From positions 672,001 to 736,000 of the forward strand of contig JBMNFY010000017.1 of the NCBI GenBank assembly GCA_050949565.1: a DNA stretch of 64,000 bases. Reading direction: 5' to 3'. This stretch comes from Kiritimatiellia bacterium (lineage in GTDB: Bacteria; Verrucomicrobiota; Kiritimatiellia; RFP12; UBA1067). Under the pieces are notes generated by a model. That model saw nothing but the letters and a program-made list of their open reading frames with translations, did no database searches and was not told the origin of the DNA. The first letter of the stretch is position 1; every line of letters starts with the position of its first letter. The translations under genes were made by a program, and so were the position numbers. Positions 1-10,318 of this stretch are shown here, one piece after another.

Positions 1-321
1 TGGCTGGAGACGCATATCAGTGAATCCCCGACCGTCGACCATCTCGCCCGCGAAGCCGGTCTTTCATCCTCAAGCTTCAAGCGGATTTTCCACTCCGTCA
101 CTGGCATGACGCCCCACGCGTATATTCTCCATAAGAAGATCGAGCGAGCCATGGGGCTCCTGCTGGAGGCCGATATGCGCGTCACCGATGTCGCGCAGGC
201 CTGCGGTTTCTCCACCTCGCAGTACTTCGCCACCGTCTTCAAACGCATGACCGGCGTAAGCCCCAACGATGTTCTCCGCAAACGCGGCATCGCCCTCCCC
301 ACTAACACTGACGGACAATGA
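1..321 (+). CDS. AraC-family transcriptional regulator, C-terminal HTH domain (5' part outside window)
   Basis: Frame 1 is open from base 1: ...VDHLAREAGLSSSSFKRIFHSVTGMTPHAYILHKKIERAMGLL...VTDVAQACGFSTSQYFATVFKRMTGVSP, the AraC double-HTH signature. Confidence 0.93.
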   Translation, partial: WLETHISESPTVDHLAREAGLSSSSFKRIFHSVTGMTPHAYILHKKIERAMGLLLEADMRVTDVAQACGFSTSQYFATVFKRMTGVSPNDVLRKRGIALPTNTDGQ

Positions 322-331
322 TTCTGACGCC

Positions 332-979
332 ATGCCCACGTACCTGACCTTGCCGATGATCACGGCTGCGGCCGGCATACTGGCCGGAGCCGGTTTCCCC
401 GCATTTGCCGCAGCGGCGCTGGGTGCCGCCGCGGCGGTCTGGTTCGCACGCTTGAAACATTCAGGCGGTTTCTACCTTCACGTCACGCTGGACCCCGACG
501 CGCCGGACAACGGCATGCTGGCAGAGGCGCTCCGCGCGGCCGTGCGTCAGTTGCAACACACACAAAGCTCGGTCACGCTCCGCATCGCCGCGCTACGCGC
601 CTCCCCGCACCCGCGCATCAACCTCAACCTGACCCGCGACGGTGATCTTGAAGTCCTGTGCGACAGAAAACGGCCATGCGCGCTCGGCCATCCCGGCCTC
701 TGGATCGCCGACCACCCGCTGCCCCTCTGCATTCCTCACATGCGCAGCATCACCCTGCATCTCACGCCGGCTGTCAGAGAACGCCTGCGCGTGACATGCG
801 ATAGCGCCGCCTCCGTCACGCGCAACGGCTGGATCGCCATTCTGCTAATCGTCACTGCCGCCTGCGCGTTCGATCTCTCCGGCCTGCTCGCAACCGCGCT
901 CGGTTTTGCGGGCCAAGCCTATCTGCTGGAGCACCACCCCGAACGTCCGCGCCGCCAACGCAAGGTCAAACCGCACTGA
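332..979 (+). CDS. Hypothetical membrane protein
   Basis: ORF 269-979; likely start ATG 332 just after the AraC stop. Hydrophobic N- and C-terminal segments, no recognised motif. Confidence 0.55.
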   Translation: MPTYLTLPMITAAAGILAGAGFPAFAAAALGAAAAVWFARLKHSGGFYLHVTLDPDAPDNGMLAEALRAAVRQLQHTQSSVTLRIAALRASPHPRINLNLTRDGDLEVLCDRKRPCALGHPGLWIADHPLPLCIPHMRSITLHLTPAVRERLRVTCDSAASVTRNGWIAILLIVTAACAFDLSGLLATALGFAGQAYLLEHHPERPRRQRKVKPH

Positions 980-1717
980 GCGGTGGCACAGATAATAGAC
1001 ATCGAGCAGGCACATCTCGTCGAACGTGAGCTGATTGCGGCCCGACACCTGCCAGAGCCCCGTCATGCCCGGCAAGCCCTCCAACCGTAGCGCGTGTCCC
1101 GGCCGCGTGTAATGTCCTTGGTCGCTCTCCGGCAACGGCCGCGGTCCGATCAAGCGCATCTCTCCCCGCACGACATTGACCAGTTGCGGCCACTCATCAA
1201 TGAACGTGTGCCGCAAAACGTTTCCAAGCCGGGTCGCCCGCGGATCATGCTCAAGTTTGAAAAGCCGTTCCGGTTGCCCGTCCTGCCGCTGCAAGTCAGC
1301 ATGCAACCGTTCGGCATGTCGCGTCATGGTCCTGAACTTGAATACAGTGAAAGGCGCGCCCCGATACCCGTAGCGCGTCTGCTTGAAGATCACCGGCCGC
1401 CCGTCGCACACCCAGATCAGTAGCGCCGTCAACAGCATCACCGGCGAACAGACAACCAGCAGGCACACCGCCAGTACGCGTTCCGCCATTCCGCAACGCT
1501 GCGGCTGGGCATCCAGTCGAAATTCAAACATCCCCTCACGATTCGGTCGGCAGCGCCCCTCCCGCGTCAACACCGGCACACACGCGGCCGGCACCGCCGC
1601 GTTATTCCCTTCTCGAACAGCCAACGCCAAGAAGTCGAGCACCTCCCCCGCCCCGCCATTCCCCTGAGTTGTAAAGACTACGTGCATGTCCGGGACACAG
1701 TATCCGCTTTCTTCCAC
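845..1717 (-). CDS. Bacterial sugar transferase (priming phosphoglycosyltransferase catalytic domain, WcaJ/WbaP-like)
   Basis: FKQTRYG..G.PF.VFKFRTM, DPRATRLG..LR...IDEWPQLVNVVRGEM.LIGPRP, PGMTGLWQVSGRN, LDVYY motifs. Start codon uncertain. Confidence 0.9.
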   Translation of the reverse strand: MEESGYCVPDMHVVFTTQGNGGAGEVLDFLALAVREGNNAAVPAACVPVLTREGRCRPNREGMFEFRLDAQPQRCGMAERVLAVCLLVVCSPVMLLTALLIWVCDGRPVIFKQTRYGYRGAPFTVFKFRTMTRHAERLHADLQRQDGQPERLFKLEHDPRATRLGNVLRHTFIDEWPQLVNVVRGEMRLIGPRPLPESDQGHYTRPGHALRLEGLPGMTGLWQVSGRNQLTFDEMCLLDVYYLCHRSVRFDLALAARTFGVVLQQIGLARKTERGCEQAGEIERAGGSDD

Positions 1718-1734
1718 GTCGCTTCAAGCCTTTC

Positions 1735-2140
1735 CCTTCCGCGCTGCGCGCGGAGTTAACATTTAGGAGTTAGGATTTAGGAGTTTTTTGACTTCTGCGT
1801 TCGACGTTCGACGTTCAGCGTTCAGAAGCGGCGGTGCCGCGCAAGACAGGCGAATGGCCGGTGCCAAGCTATGTGGCACGGGCATCTTGCCCGTGTGGCG
1901 GCGCGGAGCGCCGCCCGGACGAGCAACGCTCGTCCCTCCCAGCGCAGCACAAGCCAGAGATGGCACCCCCTAAAAACCTCTGCGTCTCTGCGTTAAATAA
2001 ACCCGAACCATGAAACACATGAAACTTCATGAAAAATCATGCCATGCCTTTCCGTGTGTTCAGTGTATTCCGTGGTCAAATAAACCCGAGCCATGCCCCC
2101 CAAAAAAACCTTCGTGCCCTTCGTGCCTTCGTGTGAGAAA
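1735..2140. repeat. Intergenic mosaic of shared short-repeat modules and REP-like hairpins
   Basis: CCGCGCTGCGCGCGGA, (TTAGGAK)n, (GTTCGAC)n, GTGGCACGGGCATCTTGCCCGTG, GGACGAGCAACGCTCGTCC, (CTCTGCGT)2, (CATGAAAC)n and (CCTTCGTGC)n, all recurring elsewhere in the window. 2045-2137 matches the reverse complement of about 30690-30784. Confidence 0.85.
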
Positions 2141-2147
2141 ACCCAAC

Positions 2148-4729
2148 TCAGAACTCAAAGAGGCGGGTCTCGCCCGGCGCCATGTCGAGCGTGAAGACCG
2201 GGCCGTCCGCGATGTTCTTTCCCGTGAAGAAATCCTTCACAGGACCGGCGACGCCTGTGTCGAAGGTCACCTTGCCGCCCTGCTCATCCGCCATTGCCGA
2301 GAGCCATCCTCCGCCGCCCAAATCGCCGCGTTGCCGTCCTTTACGTAACGGTGAACGCCCGCAAGATCCGCGAGAGCGCGAACCAATTCCGGCGGGCAGG
2401 CTGGCGTGCCGAGAAACACCTCGTTCCCGCCAAACGCATTTTTACGCACAGCGATGGCGGGCGTGCCGTCCTCAAATCGCGCCCACGTCTCTGCGTCGGT
2501 GGCCTCTACGCCGAACAGATCGACGAACGGGTGCTTGTCTTTCGCCGCAAGGCGTTCGGGGAGTCCGCGCCGCCGCCCCTCCTCGGTCGCTGTCGCGCTG
2601 CCATCCGTGGACGCGAGCGCCTTGCCCTTGAAACCGGTGAGCGCCTCGATGCCGCCCACGTCTTTGCCGCCGGGCGTGAGATAACCCGGCGCCCAGCACC
2701 AGACACGCGTGACATCCGGCTTCGCGGCGCGCTGCGCGTTGATCGCCGCGATTCTTTCAGGCGTCATGTACCACGCGCTTTGAAAAATCTGGAGCTTGGC
2801 GTCGAGCGGCCTTTCCAGCACATCCGAAAGCAGGTATTGTCCGTAAGGCGCGCCGGCGCGTCCATACGCCGCGCGCGGCACCGACACGAACCTCGAAGAG
2901 ACGCGCCCGAGCGACAAATACATCATGGAGGTCTCGTCCACGATCGCCGCCACCTCCGGCGTGAACGGCCGGGCGCGGTTGAGCATCGCACGGTCGAACG
3001 GCCCGAGCCGCGCCATCAAATCCCAGAGCCGCGTATCCATGTACCAGCCGCACGCAGGCAGATCCATCCACCAACTGCCGAAGCCGCGGATGGCGGTCTG
3101 CGCGTTGTTGCGCAGCAGCACCTGCCGCGTCTGCGCGAGATCCATGCACACGCCCTCACCTTTACGCGCGGTCTTGTCCGGATCCAGAAACGTGCGCGAG
3201 TCGTCCTCGAAGAGCCACATCACGCCATGCCGCATGATCGTCTCGGCGGCGCTCATCGCAGACGCGGTCTGCCCCCACGCGCGGTCGAGATAGGAGATGG
3301 GCGAACAGAGAATATCGAGATCCTTCGCGGCCTTGTCGAGAAGGTACTTCAGCGCGTAATGCCCCGACGTACCCGCGCCGCGTGCGTGTCCCGCGAACTC
3401 CCATTGATAGCCGTAGAAGATGATGACGAGTTTCTTGCCGCCGGACGCCTTGCGGCAGACGGAGGCGACCTCCGCGACAAAGTCCGCCATCTCCTCTTGC
3501 AGGTAGAGACGGAAGTCGACGAGTACGCTATCCTTCACCGGATCGGCGAGCGTCGGCGATTTAAAAATGTCCAGCTTGCGTTCGGCGAGCGTCGGCACCT
3601 CTGCCTCGGGGCGTCCGTGTTTGCGACGCCACGCCTTGAACGCCGCCTTCGTAGCGGGGTCATAGCCGAAGAAGGGCTTTGACCACGTATCCCAGTAGAA
3701 GAACTCGCTCGAGTTCTGCGCCGCCGGATGGATGCCGGCGAAGCGGTCGGGATACTTCTCGCAGAGGTGGCGCGTCATCGCCTCAAGGAACCGGCACGCC
3801 TTTTCGCGGTAGTGGCGACAGGCGACGGAGGGCGCCGGACCCTTTGATCCATCGGCATAGGTGATCACATCGTCCGGATATTTCCGCGCCCACCATCCTG
3901 CTGTTTCCAGCTTGATGCGGGGAACGAGCAGCGCCTTCGGGTTGATGGCGATGACCTCATCGCAGAGGTCGTCCAGATCCGCCCAGTCATAGGTGTAGTC
4001 ATCCTTCCAGATTGTCTTCGGCACCATGAACGAAACCAAGTCGACACCGGCGTCTGCGGCCATCTTCACCTGCGCGGGAAACGGATCGCGACCTGTGAAT
4101 GGCCAACGCGTATAGTTCCCCGCGTAGCAGGTATAGGCGGCGGGTCTGAGAAGAACGTCATCCTCGGACGCCTTCGCCTCGAACGAGAGCACGTAACGGC
4201 GGCCTTCGACGAACGGCGTCCGCTTCGTGTAGCAGTGGAACTGGGGCTTGGGCTTCGGCCCCTTGTTTTTGGCCCACCCTTGGATCTTGAGGCATCCGTC
4301 CGCTGTCACGTCCGCGTGACCGAGAGTGTCGTTGTCGAAAACCGTCCACGCTTTGGCGAAGGCCTCCGCCGAGGAGAGCGACGCGGGATCGAGATAGTCG
4401 GCACCAGTCACCGTATCGACCACCCGCACGTTGCGCAGGAACACCACAAGCGCCCTGTCGGACGGTATCCGGAAGTGGATCGTCCCCGGATCGGCGGCCT
4501 TGGGCGTGAAGGCGAGTTCAAAGCGCTCCCACGCCGTCCCCACGATGATCGGCCGGTGCCCGCGCCAGCCCCAGAACATCCGCGCCGGCACCGCCTTACC
4601 GTCCACATGGATCTGCGGCGCACCCGCCGACCCCGGCTTAACGCGCACCTCCACTTCCGCCCCCACTGCCAACACAGCGAGCGCGGCCATTGTCAAAACG
4701 TTCCATCTTTTCACATCAGCTCCGGACAC
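2148..4729 (-). CDS. Secreted glycoside hydrolase, GH42/beta-galactosidase-like (clan A), with N-terminal carbohydrate-binding-like domain; one frameshift near 2308
   Basis: Signal peptide, TIM-barrel-like region (AGIHPAAQNSSEFFYWD; LDILCSPISYLDR; WLFEDDSRT) and trimerisation-like tail. Adding one G at GAG-GA-TGG extends the frame through WLSAMADEQGG...GETRLFEF to TGA at 2148. Confidence 0.7.
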
Positions 4730-4735
4730 CTTTTA

Positions 4736-7700
4736 TCACTGGACGAGAATGAGGGTTCCCGACGGAATGATATCCAGCCACACGCCGTCCGCTGCGGTAC
4801 GCAGTTTGGCAGTCGAGCCGTCGGCCATGCCGGTTGTCGAAAGCGTGAAGAGCGTATCCGCATTCACCAGTGTGCCGTCGATCAGCTTGTAAGACCCCGC
4901 GTTCGGCTTGGACGCGAAGGCGACCGTCACCGTCACTGCGTCCGGCAGCGAAATGGCGAGTCCGGCGGCTCCGATTGGATTCGTGACCGGCGTTTCGAGC
5001 ACCGGGTCAAATGCGAACGCGAGGCTGTCGCCCGTCAGGAACACCCTGCCCGTGAATGTGGGCGCGATCTGCGGCAGATTGTCCCATGCGGCCGCCTTGA
5101 CGTCACCCGCGCCGGAGACCGTCGCGTCCGTGAAATCGCCGTAGCCGGTCGGCGCGATGCCCACCCACTTGAAGAGCAGGTAGTCCTCGATCGTCTTCAC
5201 CTGCGCGGCGGTCAGCTCGGTCGAATACATCAAGATCTCGCCCAGCATTTCCCCATAGCCAGATGTTTGTTGCGAATTGAAGAAATTACCGAGAAGACCG
5301 AGCTTCACCTGATTCGTCGTAACGAGCGACAGCACTTCGGGTGCGCCCGTATAACCCGTCACGGTTCCGTCTACCACTCGACCGTTGAGCCGTGTCGTGC
5401 CCTTTGTCACGGCACCGCTTGCGTTTTTCCAGATCGACACAGTGTGAGACACCTTGCCGCGGTCGCCGAAATCACCACCATCCATAACCGCTTTTCGGAG
5501 CGGATCGCCGCCGCCGCGGAAGGAGTCGGACACAAAGACCACCGTGCGGACGTCTTTCTGCACATCAGCACCGCCGTAAGCGTCGCCGATCCCGCCTGCA
5601 GGCCAGACCTTGAAACGTAGCGTGTTGCCGTCGTCACCGCTAGGCACATGCGCTGCCGGATGGTCGAAATCAATCCAAGTACGCGTCCTGCCAAAGCCAC
5701 GCGCGCCTAGATGCATAAAGGGGCGCCGCGAGGTGACGCCGTAGAAGAAAACGTCGCCGACCTCCATCGTGGCCTCGGTGCTGCCGCGCGGCCAGAACCC
5801 GTAAATGGTCGCAGCGTTGTCTTCCGTCGCCGTGCGGAAGGTGTCGGGATAATCCGGGTCGAACCAGCCCACGCGCCCTTCGGCGGGAATCACGGGCGCG
5901 TATGTCGGCGTCACCACGAGCGTGCCGCCCGCGTTCACCGTGATCGCCCCCGAATACGTACCGGAAAGCTGGATGTGTCCGTCGATCTCCACGTTGCCCG
6001 TGCTGCCATAGAGGAAGGCTTTGGCCGGATGCTCCGTAACCGCCGCAACACCTTGATATTGCGCCGTGAGCCCCCACTTGTTCGCGAGGTAGGTTTCCAC
6101 GCTCACACGCTCGGCATCAGCGAGAACCTCGTTGAAGACCAGGATCTCGCCGTAATTCTGCCCGCCGCAGTTCGTGTAGTCTTTGGCCCAGCCGAAACCG
6201 TTGACGTTGTGTCCCGAGACATCGAGCGAGATGATCTGCCAGCCGCCGGACAGTCCCGTCGTCATGGGGTTCACCTTCACGCCGTCCACCCAGGCGTCGA
6301 TCACGATCGGCGCGATCGGGTCATCCTTCGTGAAGGCGGAGCGCAGCAGTGCGCCGTCAGACAGGCCCACCAGCGCTTTGCCGCCGCCGTTCTGCGACCC
6401 GAACACCATCGTCACGAACTTCGTTCCGGTGAGTGCCGGATTGGCGGGAGGCGTCAAGTTGGCCGTGTCCAGCGAGCCCGCGCTCGTCTGGATGCGGCGT
6501 GACGACCCCACGGGGCCGCAGGAGAAGGTGGCGAGGCCGTTCAGGCTGTTCTGAACACGATAAGGGAAAACATGCGGCAGGTCCTCGAAATCACTCTTCG
6601 TGCCGGCTTTGAGACCGTCGTAATGGCGCGTGTGGCGGAGGAAGCGCGTCGTCTGAAACGAACGCTTGTCTGCGAACGCCTCTACGAGGTCGTTGCCGCT
6701 GTAGGTCGTGGTGAGGACCACACTGCCGGCGGCCTTCGCGCGGATGTAATCCGGAACGGCCGTATTCAGTTTGTAAAACGTCGAGTTGTCCGAAGGATCG
6801 ATCCAGAGCAAGGCCCGATAGCAGACGTTTTCGGCGAGTTTCAGCGTTCCCGCTCCGCCAACGAATTGCGGTGCGCTGACGGTGTCCACGCGGGCGGAAA
6901 CGGTCGTGCCCTCGCCGGCGGCGACTTTGACCGTGCCGAGCTTGGCGGGGTCGTTGAACGTCGTGTCGACCGGCAAGACGCTATACGCCGTCAAATCCGC
7001 AGTTTCGAACCCGTTAAAATTATAGTCGCCGTCAGCATCCGGGAAAACGTGCCACGTTCCCTCAGGCACAGGGATCTCGACGGGCGTCTTCCCGGCCGGG
7101 AACTGAAGCGCCACGCCCGTGCCCTGCAACAGCCGCGTACCGTCGTTCACAGCATTCACGACGACCGTCGCCGTCGAGTTCGTTGTCCGGCCAAACCTGA
7201 GTGTGCCGCCGAGTTCCGCGAAGGTGTGGGTGAGGTCGCCCGGCAGGTTGACCGCGCTGGTCATGCCGCTTCCCGAAACCCGGGCTGAAAAGGTGCAGCC
7301 GACTGTGGATTCGAGGGTCAGCGTGCCGGAGAGGACGATCGGATGAGTCGATACAGCGTACTCGCCGAGCGCACTCCAGGGCCGTGTTTCGTGGTCCTTG
7401 TCCGTCTGGAGGAGATCGCTCAGGTCGGGATCGATCTCATATCCGGCAAGACGGCAATCGCAGCCGACACCGATGTGCAACGTCTTGCCGGCGGGAATGA
7501 ACGCGTCGTCGAAGATGTAGACGACCGGATTCGCAAACGCGGTGCCATAGACGTTCATAAAGTCCGGCCCGGCGATCGCGCTGGTGTGGCCGCTCAAAAT
7601 GCTGGGGACCGTGATTCCGCTCTGCGGAAAACCTTTAACCGTGCAACTTTTCAGATCCACTGTACCGATGCATGGAGTGCCGGTCGCCGTCACGAACGAA

Positions 7701-8128
7701 ACATCCCGCACATCATAGACAGGGTATCTGTTGGCGGTCGTGCAGCCGATCATCATTGACGTTGTGTTTGAGATGACGAGCGCGCCTGTCTCGCCGAGAA
7801 TGACGCTGCGCTGGAAAAGCGGTGCGAAGTTCTTGACATCCTTCGCATCGACCACCACCGTGCCGTTGGTGATGAGGTAGTTGCGCCAGATCGCCCACGA
7901 AGTGGGGTTGGCTGAGGCCGGCGTGTACGTGCCGTGGATCGTGCCCGACCCCTCGAAGAACATCGTGAAAGAGTTGTTGTTCAGGTTGTTATCACCCGCG
8001 CCTTGGCACCCCACATCCACTACCGCACCGTCAGGCCACGGGATGATCTAGGCCCGCGCCTGCATTGACACAAACGAAACGCCCGCGACCATCGTCGCAA
8101 ACAAGAAACCGCAGACCGTCTTTTTCAT
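4736..8128 (-). CDS. Large secreted/surface protein with two LamG/ConA-like domains and C-terminal GTLILVQ motif; in-frame TAG at codon 27
   Basis: GGAGG then ATG 8128 gives MKKTVCGFLFATMVAGVSFVSMQARA*IIPW..., in frame with ORF 8020-4736. Two internal domains end GEILVF...VETYLANKWG and GEILMY...IEDYLLFKW. Confidence 0.75.
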
Positions 8129-8375
8129 GTACCGACCCTCCATGTTTACCGGATGCTCACGCTCTGAAAAGCTTCATGCGCCCAAGGATGTTTCCATCCC
8201 CACCTTGGCATTGGGTATTACTATAGCCGAACCTCGCCTGTCAAGCGTTCGATTTCGGACCTGGACTTTTTTCAAACATCCTAAACTTTGAAAAGGGTGC
8301 TTGCATCTTCCCTGAGAATCAGCCATGATAACTGCCGTTTTTTTACCACAAGAGGAACGATCTGGAGGAGTTTTC

Positions 8376-8738
8376 ATGGGTACAGGCCGTACATTGAACA
8401 AAAATCCGCGCACACGCCCGATTAAGAGCCAGGGCGAAAAGAACCGCCGTTACAAGGTACAGCGTGCCCGTTTGGTCAAGCTGGGTATGGACGAAACGGT
8501 TGTCGCTAAACTGCAGCCGAACGAATTGCGCACGCTGGTACAACAGCCGACCAAGGTGAAGAAAATGGTAGCGACCAAGGTATCCGAAGCCGCAAAACCA
8601 GCCAAGGCCGAGCCTGCTGCTAAAGCTGCTGCCAAGCCGGCGAAGACTAAAGCCGCCCCCAAACCGCGCGACAAAGCACCGGCTGCCAAAAAAGCGCCCG
8701 CAAAGGCGAAAGAGTCCGCGTCCGCAAAGGCGGAATAA
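8376..8738 (+). CDS. Small basic protein with histone H1-like Lys/Ala/Pro-rich tail
   Basis: GGAGGAG before ATG 8376. Basic N-domain followed by AAKPAKAEPAAKAAAKPAKTKAAPK..., then a terminator. Confidence 0.75.
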   Translation: MGTGRTLNKNPRTRPIKSQGEKNRRYKVQRARLVKLGMDETVVAKLQPNELRTLVQQPTKVKKMVATKVSEAAKPAKAEPAAKAAAKPAKTKAAPKPRDKAPAAKKAPAKAKESASAKAE

Positions 8739-8760
8739 CGCCGTGCCGGACCGAGTGTTG

Positions 8761-8798
8761 AAAACGCGCCCCGCTCTCGAGGCTGGCGCGTTTTTTTT
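8761..8798 (+). terminator. Intrinsic terminator
   Basis: AAAACGCGCC...GGCGCGTTTTTTTT hairpin with U-tract after the H1-like gene. Confidence 0.75.
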
Positions 8799-8836
8799 AT
8801 CCACGACTGTCAGATCTTAAATTGAGGAGTTGAGCC

Positions 8837-10141
8837 ATGGCCCCTGTCCCTGTAAACCGTGAAAGCGTGCTGGATTTTCACCAAGGTGGAAAAGTCGGCG
8901 TGCGTTTGACCAAGCCGTTGAAGACGCAAAACGATCTTTGCCTGGCCTACACACCCGGCGTGGCGCATGCCGTGAAGGAGATCGCCGCCCGCCCCGACAG
9001 CGTGTACGACTACACCGCCAAGCGCAGCCTCGTGGCCGTGGTTTCCGACGGCACCGCGATCCTCGGCCTTGGCGATCTCGGCTCCGCCGCCAGCATTCCG
9101 GTGATGGAGGGCAAAGCTGTGCTCTTCAAGGCATTCGGAGATGTCGACGCTTGGCCGGTGCCGTTGGCGCGTTGCCGCCGCGACGGTGCCGACACCGGTA
9201 AGACCGACCCACAGCGCGTGATCGACGCCGTGCTGGCTCTCGCCCCGATGTACGGCGGCATCAACCTCGAAGACATCGCGGCTCCGGCCTGTTTCGAGAT
9301 TGAAGACCGGCTGGATGCTCTGCTCGATATTCCGGTCTTTCATGACGACCAATGGGGCACGGCGGTCATCACGCTGGCCGGCCTGCTTAACTACGCGCGC
9401 CTCTGCGGCCGCGAAATGTCCGAACTCCGCGTCGTCATGAATGGCGCCGGTGCGGCGGGCATCCGCATCGCCGACATGTGCAAAGCCGCCGGCGTGACGG
9501 ATCTTGTCATGTGCGACAGCCGCGGCGTGATCCACAGCGGACGCACGGACCTCAACGACCACAAACGCCGTCACGCTTCGGACACTTCGGCGCGTACCCT
9601 GCAGGAGGCGTTGCGCGGTGCGCACGTCTTCATTGGCGTTTCGGTAGCAGACTGTGTGACGACGGACGACGTGCGCGGTATGGCCGACTACCCGGCGATC
9701 TTCGCCATGTCCAATCCCGACCCGGAAATCCATCCCGGCATCGTGGCCGAAACTTTAGGCGACAAGCCGTATGTCATGGCCACGGGTCGCTCCGACTACC
9801 CCAATCAGATCAACAACGTGCTGGGCTTCCCCTACCTGTTCCGCGGTGCGCTGGATGTGCAGGCGCGCACCATCAACATCGAGATGAAGGTAGCAGCCGC
9901 CGAGGCGCTGGCCGAGCTGGCGCGCGGGCCTGTGCCTGCCGACGTGCAGGCGCTTTATCCTGCCGAGCGGCTCGAATTCGGCAATGGCTACGTGATCCCC
10001 AAACCGTTTGACCGTCGCCTCTTTGTAGAGGTCTCGTTCGCGGTAGCACGCGCAGCGGTCGAGTCCGGCGCGGCACCAGCCGACTTCGATCTCGCCGCAC
10101 TCCGCGCCAGCCTCGAAGCCCGCAACGCCAACCGCGCGTAG
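8837..10141 (+). CDS. NAD(P)-dependent malic enzyme (short form, no phosphotransacetylase domain)
   Basis: LAYTPGVA, VSDGTAILGLGD, VMEGKAVLFK, GGINLEDIAAP, PVFHDDQ.GT, GAGAAG, ATGRSDYPNQINNVLGFPYLFRGALD. Confidence 0.95.
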   Translation: MAPVPVNRESVLDFHQGGKVGVRLTKPLKTQNDLCLAYTPGVAHAVKEIAARPDSVYDYTAKRSLVAVVSDGTAILGLGDLGSAASIPVMEGKAVLFKAFGDVDAWPVPLARCRRDGADTGKTDPQRVIDAVLALAPMYGGINLEDIAAPACFEIEDRLDALLDIPVFHDDQWGTAVITLAGLLNYARLCGREMSELRVVMNGAGAAGIRIADMCKAAGVTDLVMCDSRGVIHSGRTDLNDHKRRHASDTSARTLQEALRGAHVFIGVSVADCVTTDDVRGMADYPAIFAMSNPDPEIHPGIVAETLGDKPYVMATGRSDYPNQINNVLGFPYLFRGALDVQARTINIEMKVAAAEALAELARGPVPADVQALYPAERLEFGNGYVIPKPFDRRLFVEVSFAVARAAVESGAAPADFDLAALRASLEARNANRA

Positions 10142-10318
10142 CGCGAAGGAAAAGCGGCGCCGCGCCCCGCGCACAGCGCGGCGCTTGTCATCGCAAGATG
10201 CGTCACCAGACCTGTGGGCGGCGTTCACGCCGCCACCTCTTCAGGTTTCACGCCTTTGCGTGATAAAAAATCCTAAATCCTAATTCCTAAACGCAAACTC
10301 CGCGCACAACGCGCGCGG

